Source of the DNA: a virus
DNA length: 64,000 bases
Strand: one strand, 5' to 3'
IMG/VR virus record: IMGVR_UViG_3300042502_001136
Span: 19,239 to 83,238 of that record
Shown: piece after piece, positions 1-10,494 of the stretch
Layout of the letters: the number at the start of each line of letters is the position of its first letter
Numbering within the stretch: the first letter of the stretch is position 1
Translations under genes and position numbers: made by a program
Notes under the pieces: model-generated
What the model was told of the DNA's origin: nothing
What the model saw: the letters and a program-made list of their open reading frames with translations, nothing else
Database searches by the model: none

Positions 1-643
1 TAATATTATTACTATCAAAAGTATTAGTATTCCACTGATAACCACCTTGTATTTGCCAATTTGATTTACTTTGATATACTCCAAATAAACTAAAATCTTT
101 ATTAAAAGTAGCATCTGCTCCAATACCTAATTTAACTTTAGGTTCTTCTGATAAAGTTTCAGTAACAGTTTCTTTAATAGTAATATATTCTTTTACTAAT
201 ATAGGGAATTTAGGTTTATATTCCAAATTTTGTTCCACAATTTCGCAATTCCTTGCGTCTATCACTGTTTTTATCGTTCCTGATATTAGAGTATCATTTA
301 TAGGGTTAAAGCTCGTATAAGCCACAGGAATCGATATGGGAGCATCTGAACCGGAATTTTGCGGTTTTACTTTCCATTTTATAAGGTAATTTGTCACCGT
401 ATCACGTTTAACAATAACATCAACATTAGTAACAAGTTTATTATATTTAAAATAAAGAGTATCATATTTAACACTAAGAGTATCTATTGTAGTAGTCATT
501 TCTCTTTTAGTATATCCTCCTAATAATTTTATAATATTAGGTCTAAGCCAATCTTTAGCTAAATGAAATAATAGTAATAATAACAATACTATTACTCCGG
601 TTCTAATAATCTTTTTATATTGTGTATATACAGGAATGTTCAT
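1..643 (-). CDS. Membrane-anchored lysis-cassette protein, spanin-like (3' end outside window; not in ORF track)
   Basis: ATG at 643 opens MNIPVYTQYKKIIRTGVIVLLLLLLFHL..., open to the window edge; single N-terminal TM helix, DT-rich stalk (IDTL, YDTL, RDTV, NDTL), then alternating beta-strand pattern (KLGIGADATF, FSLFGVYQ, WQIQGGYQW). Confidence 0.6.
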   Translation of the reverse strand, partial: MNIPVYTQYKKIIRTGVIVLLLLLLFHLAKDWLRPNIIKLLGGYTKREMTTTIDTLSVKYDTLYFKYNKLVTNVDVIVKRDTVTNYLIKWKVKPQNSGSDAPISIPVAYTSFNPINDTLISGTIKTVIDARNCEIVEQNLEYKPKFPILVKEYITIKETVTETLSEEPKVKLGIGADATFNKDFSLFGVYQSKSNWQIQGGYQWNTNTFDSNNI

Positions 644-645
644 AA

Positions 646-1002
646 TTAATTTACATTAAGGTTAATACTTTTTTCAACATGATTTTTATCTATAAAATTT
701 AAAATAGTACATATAATTTTTCCTAATTTAGTAAGAGTTTTATCTCTTTTGTTTTTACCTAATGCACTACTAATAGTTTCTTTAAAATTACCAAATTGGT
801 AACCTTCTTTTGTTATTAGTAGTGTATTAAGTAAAGTTCTAAAGTTATGATTACCAAATCTATCTATATCAATAGCAGTTTGTTTAAAATAACCATTAAA
901 TACTTTCCAAGTACAACCATATTTATATAATACTACTATTAGGTTTAATAGCGTTAAAGGATTAAATAGTATTATTGCAATTATGTACAATAGTATTCCC
1001 AT
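646..1002 (-). CDS. Small membrane protein of phage lysis region
   Basis: Hydrophobic N-terminus; ETISSALGKN...C..L..ID.NH pattern typical of a conserved phage protein family. Confidence 0.6.
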   Translation of the reverse strand: MGILLYIIAIILFNPLTLLNLIVVLYKYGCTWKVFNGYFKQTAIDIDRFGNHNFRTLLNTLLITKEGYQFGNFKETISSALGKNKRDKTLTKLGKIICTILNFIDKNHVEKSINLNVN

Positions 1003-1003
1003 A

Positions 1004-1414
1004 TTAAGCTAATTCCCAAGCAGCTCCATATACTTGGTCTTGATTATTAATTAATAAATGTCCTAATTCTGCATATTTAGCTCTTCTACTACTACCTGTT
1101 TCTATAATGTTATACATTTGGTCTAGTATATTAGATACATAGTCTGCTTGAGCAAAAGAATAAGTAATATCTTTATAAGCTCTACCATCGGGCTGAATAA
1201 TAATAACTTTTTTAGTAAAAGTTTGTTTTTCCATTTCACCTAATTCATTTGTAACCTCTTGTACATAAGATATATTATAAAATTCTACAATTTTAAGTTT
1301 GTAAACTTTTAAATTATCTATTGCTAGACGTTCAATAATTTCCGCATAAACAATAACAGCTTGTTCATTTGGATTTCTTCCGTAAACTTTAACGGGAATA
1401 ACTGTCTTTACCAT
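1004..1414 (-). CDS. Hypothetical protein (start probably 1414, MVKTV)
   Basis: ORF track 1004..1432; downstream ATG removes overlap with upstream gene. Confidence 0.6.
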   Translation of the reverse strand: MVKTVIPVKVYGRNPNEQAVIVYAEIIERLAIDNLKVYKLKIVEFYNISYVQEVTNELGEMEKQTFTKKVIIIQPDGRAYKDITYSFAQADYVSNILDQMYNIIETGSSRRAKYAELGHLLINNQDQVYGAAWELA

Positions 1415-1424
1415 AATGTTTAAA

Positions 1425-2753
1425 TTAAGCAATAGGAGAAAGTCCTATTGCAGTTAAATAATTGTTATATGCTGTTCTAAATAATTGTCCATCTACTACT
1501 ACTTCTGCACCCATTGAATAATATTTATACCTTCCTGCATTATTTCTATTAAGAGAAGCATAAATCCATTGTTCTCCATTATAAATAGAAGTTGAATTTG
1601 CAGTAGTATTTAATACAGTAGCTTGTTTAATTAGTGTTAAATTTGTTGAATTTATTCTATTTATTGCTACATAACCATAACCTGACGTATCTAATGAAGA
1701 TACAGGGTTATTAGCTCCTTGATTCACTCTTAGCTCAGTTGTTGAACTTCCTAATCTAATAAGATTATTAACTGTAGCTTCGGCAGAATCTAAATAATTA
1801 TTAGTACTTACATAACTATGTATTACTACATCTCTACTTGCATTATTAAGAGTATATTGATTAATCCCAACACTAGGATTAAAACCTGTTCTAATATAAT
1901 ATGTAAGAGGTACAGATGCTCCTTGAGGAATACTACCAAAGAATCCAATAGCATCATATTGTAAAGCACTATAAGAAGCACTTGTTTGTTGATAAGGTCT
2001 TAATCCATATCCTTCAGTTAATTGAGCACCCCATAACCACATAGTACCTAAAGTAACTCCTCCTGATATTCCAAAATTAATATTAGTTCCTGTTGCTATT
2101 ATATCTACACTACATCTATAAAAACCATAAGACTCTGCTGTTATAGTTGCATTAATACCATTACCTATAGCTGTTGCAGTAACAGTAGTTAAATTAAAAC
2201 TAGCTCCATTAGGAGAATTTAATTGGTCTCTTAATAAAACAATATCTTTAGTACCTGCTTTAGCATAGATACTTAAGTTGTATTTATTACCTATTAAAAT
2301 AGAGTTTATTATATTAGTAGTACCTTGTAATCTTATAGTAGTTGCAGTAGCTGTAAATAGGTCTGCTGTTAAATTTCCATCAGGAGCTGTAGTATTATTT
2401 GCTATAAAAGTACAGGATATTCTTGACCAATTACTGTTTTCAAATTCTTCACTTCTAGGAAGTAAATTATAATATAAATTAACTTCTTGTGCTAAAGCAC
2501 CGCTAGGATTTTTCCAATTAATCATTGAAAATCTTCTACAATTAATATCATTATAACAAAAGTTAAGAATTAAATCTCTTTTACCCCAATAACCACTTGC
2601 TTTCATTGCTTCTATAAGAACATCTATAGATAATAAAGTAGCTTCAGCAGGAATAATAAATCCTTCTAAATTAGCTCTATTAATTATAGCTTGTAATTCA
2701 CTAGAATATCCTGTTCCTGTAAATTGTAATAAAGTTCTGTATCTAGTACTCAT
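1425..2753 (-). CDS. Head-spike/fibre protein with carbohydrate-binding-like module
   Basis: NLLPRSEEFENSNW...TAPDGNLTAD...LWGAQLTEG signature of phage spike/fibre beta-sandwich domains; N/T/S/G-rich. Confidence 0.65.
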   Translation of the reverse strand: MSTRYRTLLQFTGTGYSSELQAIINRANLEGFIIPAEATLLSIDVLIEAMKASGYWGKRDLILNFCYNDINCRRFSMINWKNPSGALAQEVNLYYNLLPRSEEFENSNWSRISCTFIANNTTAPDGNLTADLFTATATTIRLQGTTNIINSILIGNKYNLSIYAKAGTKDIVLLRDQLNSPNGASFNLTTVTATAIGNGINATITAESYGFYRCSVDIIATGTNINFGISGGVTLGTMWLWGAQLTEGYGLRPYQQTSASYSALQYDAIGFFGSIPQGASVPLTYYIRTGFNPSVGINQYTLNNASRDVVIHSYVSTNNYLDSAEATVNNLIRLGSSTTELRVNQGANNPVSSLDTSGYGYVAINRINSTNLTLIKQATVLNTTANSTSIYNGEQWIYASLNRNNAGRYKYYSMGAEVVVDGQLFRTAYNNYLTAIGLSPIA

Positions 2754-2757
2754 AATA

Positions 2758-3399
2758 TTAAGGTTCTTGTATTATCCAACATTCAACTCTAGCAGATTCA
2801 CACCATTCAGCGTAAATAATATTATAGCTATTTATTACATATTCTCCATTAAGAATTACCCAATTAATAGGAATTGGATTATGACTACATTTACTATAAA
2901 TTTTTTGTATTATTCCAATTCTAGCACCTACTAATGAATTAGTTAAAACATTATTAATATAATTACTTGGTGTACCATATTGATATTCTTTTTCAAAATT
3001 TATAATATCTGTATTCAAAATAATAGGATATCTTTTAAAATCTAAAGTAATAGAACCATTAGTGTCAGCAGTAATACCATTTATATCTGTCACTAAATTT
3101 TCTCCATTACTCTTTGCTACATTAGCACCAATTAAATCTATTACTCCATCTGTAATAGTAATAGCAGCGACTAATTCATCGCTGCTATTAAAAAATTTAA
3201 TGCTTTTGTTGTATATCTCGATATCTTCTTTAAATTTAACAACTTCTTCTATTGTATAAAAATCTTCAAATATTACAAGTTTTCCTGCTTCTGTAATACC
3301 TATTACTTTTACATTTTTAGTAGTAGAAGTTCTATCATTAAATTTAATAATATCAGGAAATTTAATTTCCCCTTTGAGCATCTTAATGAATTTTAACAT
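2758..3399 (-). CDS. Putative virion/fibre-associated protein
   Basis: 213-aa ORF; VTDINGITADTNGSITL fibre-type linker. Confidence 0.5.
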   Translation of the reverse strand: MLKFIKMLKGEIKFPDIIKFNDRTSTTKNVKVIGITEAGKLVIFEDFYTIEEVVKFKEDIEIYNKSIKFFNSSDELVAAITITDGVIDLIGANVAKSNGENLVTDINGITADTNGSITLDFKRYPIILNTDIINFEKEYQYGTPSNYINNVLTNSLVGARIGIIQKIYSKCSHNPIPINWVILNGEYVINSYNIIYAEWCESARVECWIIQEP

Positions 3400-3410
3400 T
3401 TCTTAGATTT

Positions 3411-4046
3411 TTAAGGATAAATATGTTCACCATATAAATCAATATTAGCAGAAACTATACCATCAATAGTACATCTTGCGAGTAAATCAATGTTATTTTC
3501 ATCACTTAACCATTTGTAATCTTCATAGTTATCAAAGAACCCATATTCAATAAGAACAGAAGGCATTAAAGTAGCTCTAAGAACATACAAATTTGCTTCT
3601 TTATCTAAATCTTTATCCGTAGTATCAGTTCTTAATTTTCTATGAGGTAACATACTTTTAATTCGTTGTAATATATGTTCAGCATATATATCAGATAAAG
3701 TTTGTCCTATAGAAGTAAAAATTTCAGTTCCTTCTGCTTTTCCTGTAGGACTAGCATTATTATGTACAGAAAGAAAAAACATACTATTTTTACTAGGATG
3801 TTTATTAGCTTTAGCAACTCTTTCTGTAAGAGGTACATCTAAATGATTAGAAGGTAAAACACTATAAACTACATTAAATCCTGCTTCTTTAGCATATTTA
3901 GCAAGAGCTATAACATATTTATTGTTTTCTACACCTTCATAAACCTTTTCCCCATTAGGGAAACTTGCTCTTTTTCCGGGAGTAACATAATTTCCATTTT
4001 TATCAAGAGTTCCATGTCCTCTATCAAGCATTATCGTTGTTATCAT
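3411..4046 (-). CDS. Endolysin, N-acetylmuramoyl-L-alanine amidase (Amidase_3)
   Basis: LDRGHG, E(NNK), LSVHNNA, GTEIF, LYVLRAT.MPSVLIEYGFFDN zinc-amidase motifs. Confidence 0.92.
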   Translation of the reverse strand: MITTIMLDRGHGTLDKNGNYVTPGKRASFPNGEKVYEGVENNKYVIALAKYAKEAGFNVVYSVLPSNHLDVPLTERVAKANKHPSKNSMFFLSVHNNASPTGKAEGTEIFTSIGQTLSDIYAEHILQRIKSMLPHRKLRTDTTDKDLDKEANLYVLRATLMPSVLIEYGFFDNYEDYKWLSDENNIDLLARCTIDGIVSANIDLYGEHIYP

Positions 4047-4287
4047 TTTCTTTTGATTTTATTATGTTAATACAATCTTTTTCTTTTTCTTCTTTTTCTA
4101 TTCTTTCTTCTTCCTTTATTCTAGCTTTTCTTTTTGCATATGCTTCGTCTATTTTAAATCCTGTATAAACAATAGAAAAAGCTAGAACAAAAGTAGTAAA
4201 AACATCATTAATATTAGCATAAGCAAAAACAAGACTAATAAAAGAAATAAATAAAGCCTTATATTCAAAGAAATCTAAATTATTCAT
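4024..4287 (-). CDS. Putative holin (start probably 4287, MNNLDFF)
   Basis: Two TM segments, highly charged C-tail, overlaps endolysin start. Confidence 0.55.
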   Translation of the reverse strand: MNNLDFFEYKALFISFISLVFAYANINDVFTTFVLAFSIVYTGFKIDEAYAKRKARIKEEERIEKEEKEKDCINIIKSKENDNNDNA

Positions 4288-4612
4288 TTTCAACATTGAT
4301 TTTTCTTTTATTTTTACTAACATCTTTAACTAAATTAGAAACTCCTAATCCAAGAGTAAAAAAAGCTGCATTAGAATTAGTAATATCTAGACCTAAAAAA
4401 GTTTTAAGAAAACCTGCAGTTTCAGGTTCTAAAGTTATAACTAACCCTATAAGAATAATAGTAATACAAGACCATAACCATTTATATTTATTATCTTTTA
4501 AAAAATAAATAATATTAAAAGTATTAGTTTGTATATAAGGTAAAGCTTTAAATAGAGTATATATAATTATACCTAATAAACTTAATAAAAGTTTTATTGC
4601 AATATCCTCCAT
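4280..4612 (-). CDS. Small 3-TM membrane protein (holin/antiholin candidate)
   Basis: Three hydrophobic segments, basic C-tail, in lysis cluster. Confidence 0.5.
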   Translation of the reverse strand: MEDIAIKLLLSLLGIIIYTLFKALPYIQTNTFNIIYFLKDNKYKWLWSCITIILIGLVITLEPETAGFLKTFLGLDITNSNAAFFTLGLGVSNLVKDVSKNKRKINVENE

Positions 4613-4636
4613 AATTCGTTTGGTTAAGTTTATTAA

Positions 4637-4966
4637 TTATTTTACTACCAAAAATAAGGTAAATACAGCTAATAGTGCTCCTGCACAACCGACTGCAATA
4701 TCATTAAAATCAGTTCCTTTTTTAATTGTAATACCATCTGCCTGTTCTATGGCATCAAGACGTTCTTTAAAAACATTAATCATACCTACCATAATAAAAA
4801 CTATAATAGCTATTTCATAGGGTCTTAAAGTGTTTCTAAACATAGGTATAAAATATATGATAATAAAACCATATACACCTAATACATAACTCCATGTAAA
4901 ATGTAGTTGTTTATCTATTGCATAAACATACAAAAGATTTCTAATAAATTTTAGTGCATTTTTCAT
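4637..4966 (-). CDS. Small membrane protein, VanZ/YfiM-like
   Basis: DKQLHF...KE..D...D..DI..GCAG pattern with three TM segments. Confidence 0.5.
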   Translation of the reverse strand: MKNALKFIRNLLYVYAIDKQLHFTWSYVLGVYGFIIIYFIPMFRNTLRPYEIAIIVFIMVGMINVFKERLDAIEQADGITIKKGTDFNDIAVGCAGALLAVFTLFLVVK

Positions 4967-4985
4967 CTTTTTAATTTTAAATTAA

Positions 4986-7247
4986 TTAATCAGTTATTAT
5001 TATTTGACAAGGAGCAATATTACTAACATACCCATTTACATCAGTAAAAGTATAATAAAATAATACACTATTAGGAAAAGGAATAGCATTATTAATATCA
5101 TAAAGATATCTAAATCTATCATTTAATTGACCAACATTATAATTAAGAACTAAATTTTGATTAGCACTTAATGCAGGTAGTCCTTCAACTTCTAATATAC
5201 CTGCTGCAGGTAAAGTAATAATAGTAATAGAAGTAGGAAGTAAACCTTGACTATGTTGATAATTATTAATTAATAATTGCATTAAATTTACTGTTTCTCC
5301 TGTATAAAATCCATTACTATCAACTACTGTTAAAATATAAGCAGTGTTTAAGATATTAATAGTAGGAACATTAGAAAGAATAGCAATATTAACTTCATAA
5401 GTATAGGTATCTCCATCATTAATAATAGTTAATAATAAACTAATACTTTGTCCATTTTGTACAAATGTTAATGTAGGAGATAATGTAGTAGCATTAGTAA
5501 GAACTACACCATTAGGTGCAGCTCCAACAAAAGTCCATAAAATAGAAGATGTATTAACATTACTACTTTCTACTGCAATGATAGTAGCTAAGCTAGTACC
5601 AGCAGGTAAAACTACTTGATTATTAACAACCGGAATACTATTAACAGTATTTATACTTGCTGAATAAGTAGCTGCTTTATTTTTAACAACAGTAACAATT
5701 ATATTACCATATGCTCCAAATACATCAGAACCCTCATCAGATACTTGAAATAATAAGGTATAAGTTCCAACAGATGTAGTACTAGGAACATTAATTCCTA
5801 AATGTCCTTGAACAAAAACATCATCATAACTAATACTAGCTCCTGCAGGATAAGCAATTTCAGAATCAAGATTAGATAACAATACTCCTGCTGCGAATAA
5901 ATTAACAATTTTAAGATTCTTTAAAGCATCATTTTCAGGATCAACATATCCATCTAATATATTTTGAATAGGGACAGCAACAGTTGCATTTTCTGTATTA
6001 TCAATAATCATAGTAACACTACCAACTTTAATAGGTGGCTGATTTGCTAATCCAAATTCATTATCACTGATTACAATACTAATTCCATTTCCTGCTCCAA
6101 AGGTATTACTTCCACTATCAGAAATATTATAAGGAATAAAAAAAGAGCTAATAACATCAGTTTCATCTACTTCAATAGTTAAATTTCCTGCAATAATATC
6201 TTCAAATGAAATAACTTGATTTTCTTCTACTTCAACATCAGATAATAATAGTCTAATATAAACAGGAAGAATAAAAGTATTAATTCTTATAGCATTAGGA
6301 GGATTATTTTCAGGGTCAATATAATCAACAAGAAAATTATTACTAGTAAGTGTTACTACTTGTGTAGTCACTTGTTCAGTTTGAAATTGAGCAATAACTA
6401 GACTTGCTTGTGTAGGAGGTAAATTAGAAACTACTATTGCTTCATTATTTTCATTTGCAATATCTTCATAGATTTCTTCTAATTCAGAAAAAGAAATACC
6501 TAATACATAAATACATTCTTTAATAGCTTCAATATCATATAAGGTATCTAATGTAGTAATTTGTAATTCTGTTAAAGCAGGATTAGTAAATTTTTCACTA
6601 AAATAAGCACCTAAATAATATAAAGCTATATAATATTTATATAAAGTAACATTACTATATGGTTTACCTTTTAAAGAAATTTGTAATAATTGTTTACATA
6701 ATTCTTTATTTAATTTACAATATTGAGTAGATGTTACTAGTTGTATAAAAGTAAATAGACTATCATTACTTACAACATAAGTATTAATCATTAATCCCCC
6801 TAAATAATATTTATAGGTTTCTAATGTATTAAATAAACTTTGATGCTTTAAACAAATTTTAGCTTCTTTACTCATACAATCTCCATCATTGCAATTATTA
6901 CAATTACATTTATCACATAATAAAGATTTAATATCTTTAATTAAAGATACTCTAATATTACTATAATGATAAAATCCAATAAAATCATCAGGGTCTAAAC
7001 TAGAACCAAGACTAGGACTTACTATAAAAGATAATTTATATTTACCATCTAATACAACAGGAAGAAAAGTAAATTGTTCAAATGTTACTAAATTTCCGGT
7101 AGCTATTAATATAAAAACATTAGTATTACAATCATGCTTATATAAACTATAAGTAAGTGTAACACTATCATTAGTATTTTTAATAACTTTATAAGTATCA
7201 AGAGATTTAATTACAGTATAATTAATATTATTTATTATATTATTCAT
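4986..7247 (-). CDS. Large virion structural protein with Cys cluster and Ig/cadherin-like repeats
   Basis: CDKCNCNNCNDGDC cluster; repeated N.PP...Y.DPEN....I.I..L...G.L modules. Confidence 0.6.
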   Translation of the reverse strand: MNNIINNINYTVIKSLDTYKVIKNTNDSVTLTYSLYKHDCNTNVFILIATGNLVTFEQFTFLPVVLDGKYKLSFIVSPSLGSSLDPDDFIGFYHYSNIRVSLIKDIKSLLCDKCNCNNCNDGDCMSKEAKICLKHQSLFNTLETYKYYLGGLMINTYVVSNDSLFTFIQLVTSTQYCKLNKELCKQLLQISLKGKPYSNVTLYKYYIALYYLGAYFSEKFTNPALTELQITTLDTLYDIEAIKECIYVLGISFSELEEIYEDIANENNEAIVVSNLPPTQASLVIAQFQTEQVTTQVVTLTSNNFLVDYIDPENNPPNAIRINTFILPVYIRLLLSDVEVEENQVISFEDIIAGNLTIEVDETDVISSFFIPYNISDSGSNTFGAGNGISIVISDNEFGLANQPPIKVGSVTMIIDNTENATVAVPIQNILDGYVDPENDALKNLKIVNLFAAGVLLSNLDSEIAYPAGASISYDDVFVQGHLGINVPSTTSVGTYTLLFQVSDEGSDVFGAYGNIIVTVVKNKAATYSASINTVNSIPVVNNQVVLPAGTSLATIIAVESSNVNTSSILWTFVGAAPNGVVLTNATTLSPTLTFVQNGQSISLLLTIINDGDTYTYEVNIAILSNVPTINILNTAYILTVVDSNGFYTGETVNLMQLLINNYQHSQGLLPTSITIITLPAAGILEVEGLPALSANQNLVLNYNVGQLNDRFRYLYDINNAIPFPNSVLFYYTFTDVNGYVSNIAPCQIIITD

Positions 7248-7260
7248 ATATTTTTAAATT

Positions 7261-7300
7261 AAAAAGCTACTGATAATGAATATCAGTATCAGTAGCTTTA
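7261..7300 (-). terminator. Rho-independent terminator after auxiliary capsid gene
   Basis: aaagctactgata...tatcagtagcttt inverted repeat with A-run on left (U-tail on minus strand). Confidence 0.75.
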
Positions 7301-7325
7301 GGATTAACAACAAAATAATATCAAA

Positions 7326-8246
7326 TTATTCAACAGGAGTTTCATCAATATATGTATCTCCGGATAAATATCTTAAAAGTGTTTCAACTGTATCTATTAC
7401 AGCAGCTCCAGTAGGAAATGCAATAGTAATAGATTGTGTACCGACACCCATAGTAGAACTTGCAGTAGGAGATTCACCTTTCCAAGTAATAACAAGTAAA
7501 TCATAATTTTGACTTGCTACTGCTTCTGTAGGAGCATTATACCAAAGGTCTGTTAATTTTTCATAACCTTGATTACCAAGATGTTTAGAAAAATCTTTTT
7601 CCAAAGCTACAATATCAGCACCGTAACCATTACCAACAACAGCAGCAGTAGGATTTGTAATTAGTGTTCCTTCGAACATACCATCACATTTAATACTAAT
7701 ATCAGCTTCTCTTGTTAAAGCAGTAATATTAATAAAATAATTAGAACCACTATTAGCTAAAGTAGCAGAAAAGAATGGGACAGAAAGGGCACTAGCTTGT
7801 GTATTTAAATTAGCAACTACTCTTGCTAAATATGTAGCAGTAGTTTCAGCAGATTTTTTAGTTACATTACTGGAAACTCTTTGTGTATTAATATTTCTAT
7901 TATAAGATTTATTAAATACAGTAATTTCTCCTTCTCCGGTAGTTTCAACATTTAATCCTGTTGTACCATCTGCTAATCTAAATACAGGTAATACTGCGGC
8001 AACATAATCTTTTTTAGTAATACTTACTATATTACGTCTTTTAATTATTGCAGATGTTCTAAATTTACCACTTGTTAATTTAGTAGTAAGACAAAAAGCA
8101 TCTACACCAACACAATCAGCAGGGTCTTCTAATACAACATTATTAGTACCAAGAACTATTAATTCTCTAGCAGCTAACCCTTCAATACTTGCAGTTGTGG
8201 AAGCTTCTTTAGTTCCTACTGCACTAATAACAAATACATTTTCCAT
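7326..8246 (-). CDS. crAss-like structural protein, probable auxiliary capsid protein
   Basis: Position three genes after MCP as in the crAss capsid module; A/T/V-rich; followed by terminator. Confidence 0.55.
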   Translation of the reverse strand: MENVFVISAVGTKEASTTASIEGLAARELIVLGTNNVVLEDPADCVGVDAFCLTTKLTSGKFRTSAIIKRRNIVSITKKDYVAAVLPVFRLADGTTGLNVETTGEGEITVFNKSYNRNINTQRVSSNVTKKSAETTATYLARVVANLNTQASALSVPFFSATLANSGSNYFINITALTREADISIKCDGMFEGTLITNPTAAVVGNGYGADIVALEKDFSKHLGNQGYEKLTDLWYNAPTEAVASQNYDLLVITWKGESPTASSTMGVGTQSITIAFPTGAAVIDTVETLLRYLSGDTYIDETPVE

Positions 8247-8262
8247 AAATTTTTAAATTTAA

Positions 8263-9303
8263 TTATTCAACAAGACTATTTTCTCTAATAAACTTTTCAT
8301 AACCATCATCAGAAATAATACCTTTTAAAGTTCTAGCAACATTATCAATAACTTCTTCAAGAGCACTATCTGATATATCAGTATTATGATTCAAAAATAC
8401 ATCAACTTTTTTAGGGTTACAAAGATATGTTAAATTTACAGTACTAAGTATAACAGTATCCGTTATTGGAAAGATAACAACTTTATCTCTAAGGTAAGCA
8501 ATACGACTATTATCTTTATTACCTGATAAATTAGAATGTTTAATAGACGTTTTAAATTCTTCATCTACAATTCTTACTTCTGCATCTAAAGTGTTAGCTA
8601 ATTCATAAACATTATAAGTTTCTTGTACTTCTTCTACTGTTATGTCCGTTTCCCCAATAGAGAAAGTTGTTGTTGAGTTTGTGTAACTTGCAATAACAAT
8701 TTTATTATTAACTTTATCATATGTTACTTCAAAACCAATAGGAAGATTTCGTTCAATAAGACTTATAATAAGATTATTATAAATAAAAGCTTTTTTATAA
8801 ACACTAACATTATCAGTAGGAAAATACTCATCAGGAAGTGTAGCAGTGTCTACTAAAGTAATAGTATCATCATCTACTTCTAGTATAATAAGTATATCAC
8901 TTATATCATCCAAACCACTATCTTCTATTGGGGGAAGGTATGTAAAATACTTTACTTTCTCGACAGTTTCCACTGTTTGACAATTACAACAAACAGAGGC
9001 TTCTGCACTAATATAATATAAATGATTAAAAGGAAGCTGAATAACAGCTTCCTTTTCATTTAATTGTAGTACAGGAACTTCTATTGTTTTTACTAAACTA
9101 TTAACATCTAAGATACGTTTGATAATATCGTAAGCCCCTTGTCTTTTTTCATTAGATAAAGGACTAAGACGTTGTTTAATAAACTTTAAGATTTCTTTAT
9201 TAATAAATATATCTTTTTCTTGTGGTAAAAAGTTATTACTCCAATTACTACTAACTTCTTGTAACAGTAAGTCTATATTTACGTGTAATTCCTGTGTAGT
9301 CAT
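8263..9303 (-). CDS. crAss-like ring/neck protein
   Basis: MT..ELH....L.LQ......FLPQEKD.FIN N-terminus and TYL..P.KV C-terminus characteristic of crAss ring proteins. Confidence 0.65.
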   Translation of the reverse strand: MTTQELHVNIDLLLQEVSSNWSNNFLPQEKDIFINKEILKFIKQRLSPLSNEKRQGAYDIIKRILDVNSLVKTIEVPVLQLNEKEAVIQLPFNHLYYISAEASVCCNCQTVETVEKVKYFTYLPPIEDSGLDDISDILIILEVDDDTITLVDTATLPDEYFPTDNVSVYKKAFIYNNLIISLIERNLPIGFEVTYDKVNNKIVIASYTNSTTTFSIGETDITVEEVQETYNVYELANTLDAEVRIVDEEFKTSIKHSNLSGNKDNSRIAYLRDKVVIFPITDTVILSTVNLTYLCNPKKVDVFLNHNTDISDSALEEVIDNVARTLKGIISDDGYEKFIRENSLVE

Positions 9304-9306
9304 TTC

Positions 9307-10458
9307 TTATGTAAGATTAACTTCTTTTAATAATGTATTCTTAATATTAGTCATTTCTTCTCTACCACTATTTAACTCAATAACTGCTTCATCAATAGTT
9401 CTACCAATTAAAACTTGATTATAGTAATAAACAGAGCTATTAGTTGGATTATTTAATTTACCTTTACTAACAGCTAAGTTAATAAGATATTTTGTTTCCC
9501 AATTTGCATCACTAGCAACAGCTATAAAGAATTTAACTGTTTCGGTAGTTTTATTATAAAGTTCATCAATTTTAAGTAATTTCTCTAAAGCATCTTCATA
9601 AGCAGTAGGATTTTCTTTAAATGCTAAAAGAACAGAATCTATTTTCTTTTCATCATTAGTTAAACTTTCATATAACTTCATAGCCATACTTCTATTTTTA
9701 ACTAATAAATCTTGAGCTTTAATAGCATTAGCTTTTTCATAGATATAAAATTCTATTTTAGGAGAAGCTTCTACATCAACAAAACTATTAGCAACTCTTG
9801 AATATTTTAAACAATAGTTTAATAATAAGAAATCAGAAATAGAATCATCTAAAATTACAGCTCTTTTATTAGAATTAGTAGCTGAAATAGGAGTAATTAA
9901 TGCTTCATTAATATATTCCATTTTCTTTTCAGTACTTGTTTCTCTTTCAATTCTGTTTTTAAGTACAGCACCAACTACATGAAGTTGAATTTTAATAGGA
10001 ACTCCCATTTTATGTTTAGGAAGAAATTCTTCATCAGCAGGAACAGGAAGTCCAAAGAAAGACCAATATTCATCAACTGCTTTTTTAAATTCAGGAGCAT
10101 TATGACTAACATTAACAATACTAGGCATAATAAGAATTTCAAGTTCTCCTGAAATTCCTTTTAAAGCTCCCCTAGAACGAGCATCTAAAGAAGAACCAAT
10201 TCTATAAACTCTTTCAGCAGGGTCAGCACCAGGAAGTCCAACCATTCCAGGTCTACGTCTAATAGCAACTTCAACAGTTATTAAATATTTGGCAAAATCT
10301 TCTTTAACTTCTGCAGTTAATACATCATTAGGAGTTACAGTAGGAGCATTAGGAGAGGCATTAGTAGCAGCAGTAGAATCAGTAGCAGCATTAGCATTAG
10401 GAGTAGCACTTGGTGTGTTTATACCTTGTTGTGGTTTTACATTATTACCAGTTTCCAT
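9307..10458 (-). CDS. Conserved crAss capsid-module protein downstream of MCP
   Basis: Synteny; YCLKYSRVAN, IEFYIYE, IG.TIDEA motifs. Confidence 0.6.
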   Translation of the reverse strand: METGNNVKPQQGINTPSATPNANAATDSTAATNASPNAPTVTPNDVLTAEVKEDFAKYLITVEVAIRRRPGMVGLPGADPAERVYRIGSSLDARSRGALKGISGELEILIMPSIVNVSHNAPEFKKAVDEYWSFFGLPVPADEEFLPKHKMGVPIKIQLHVVGAVLKNRIERETSTEKKMEYINEALITPISATNSNKRAVILDDSISDFLLLNYCLKYSRVANSFVDVEASPKIEFYIYEKANAIKAQDLLVKNRSMAMKLYESLTNDEKKIDSVLLAFKENPTAYEDALEKLLKIDELYNKTTETVKFFIAVASDANWETKYLINLAVSKGKLNNPTNSSVYYYNQVLIGRTIDEAVIELNSGREEMTNIKNTLLKEVNLT

Positions 10459-10494
10459 GTTTTATTTATTTTAATTATTAAGAATAGTTTTAAG

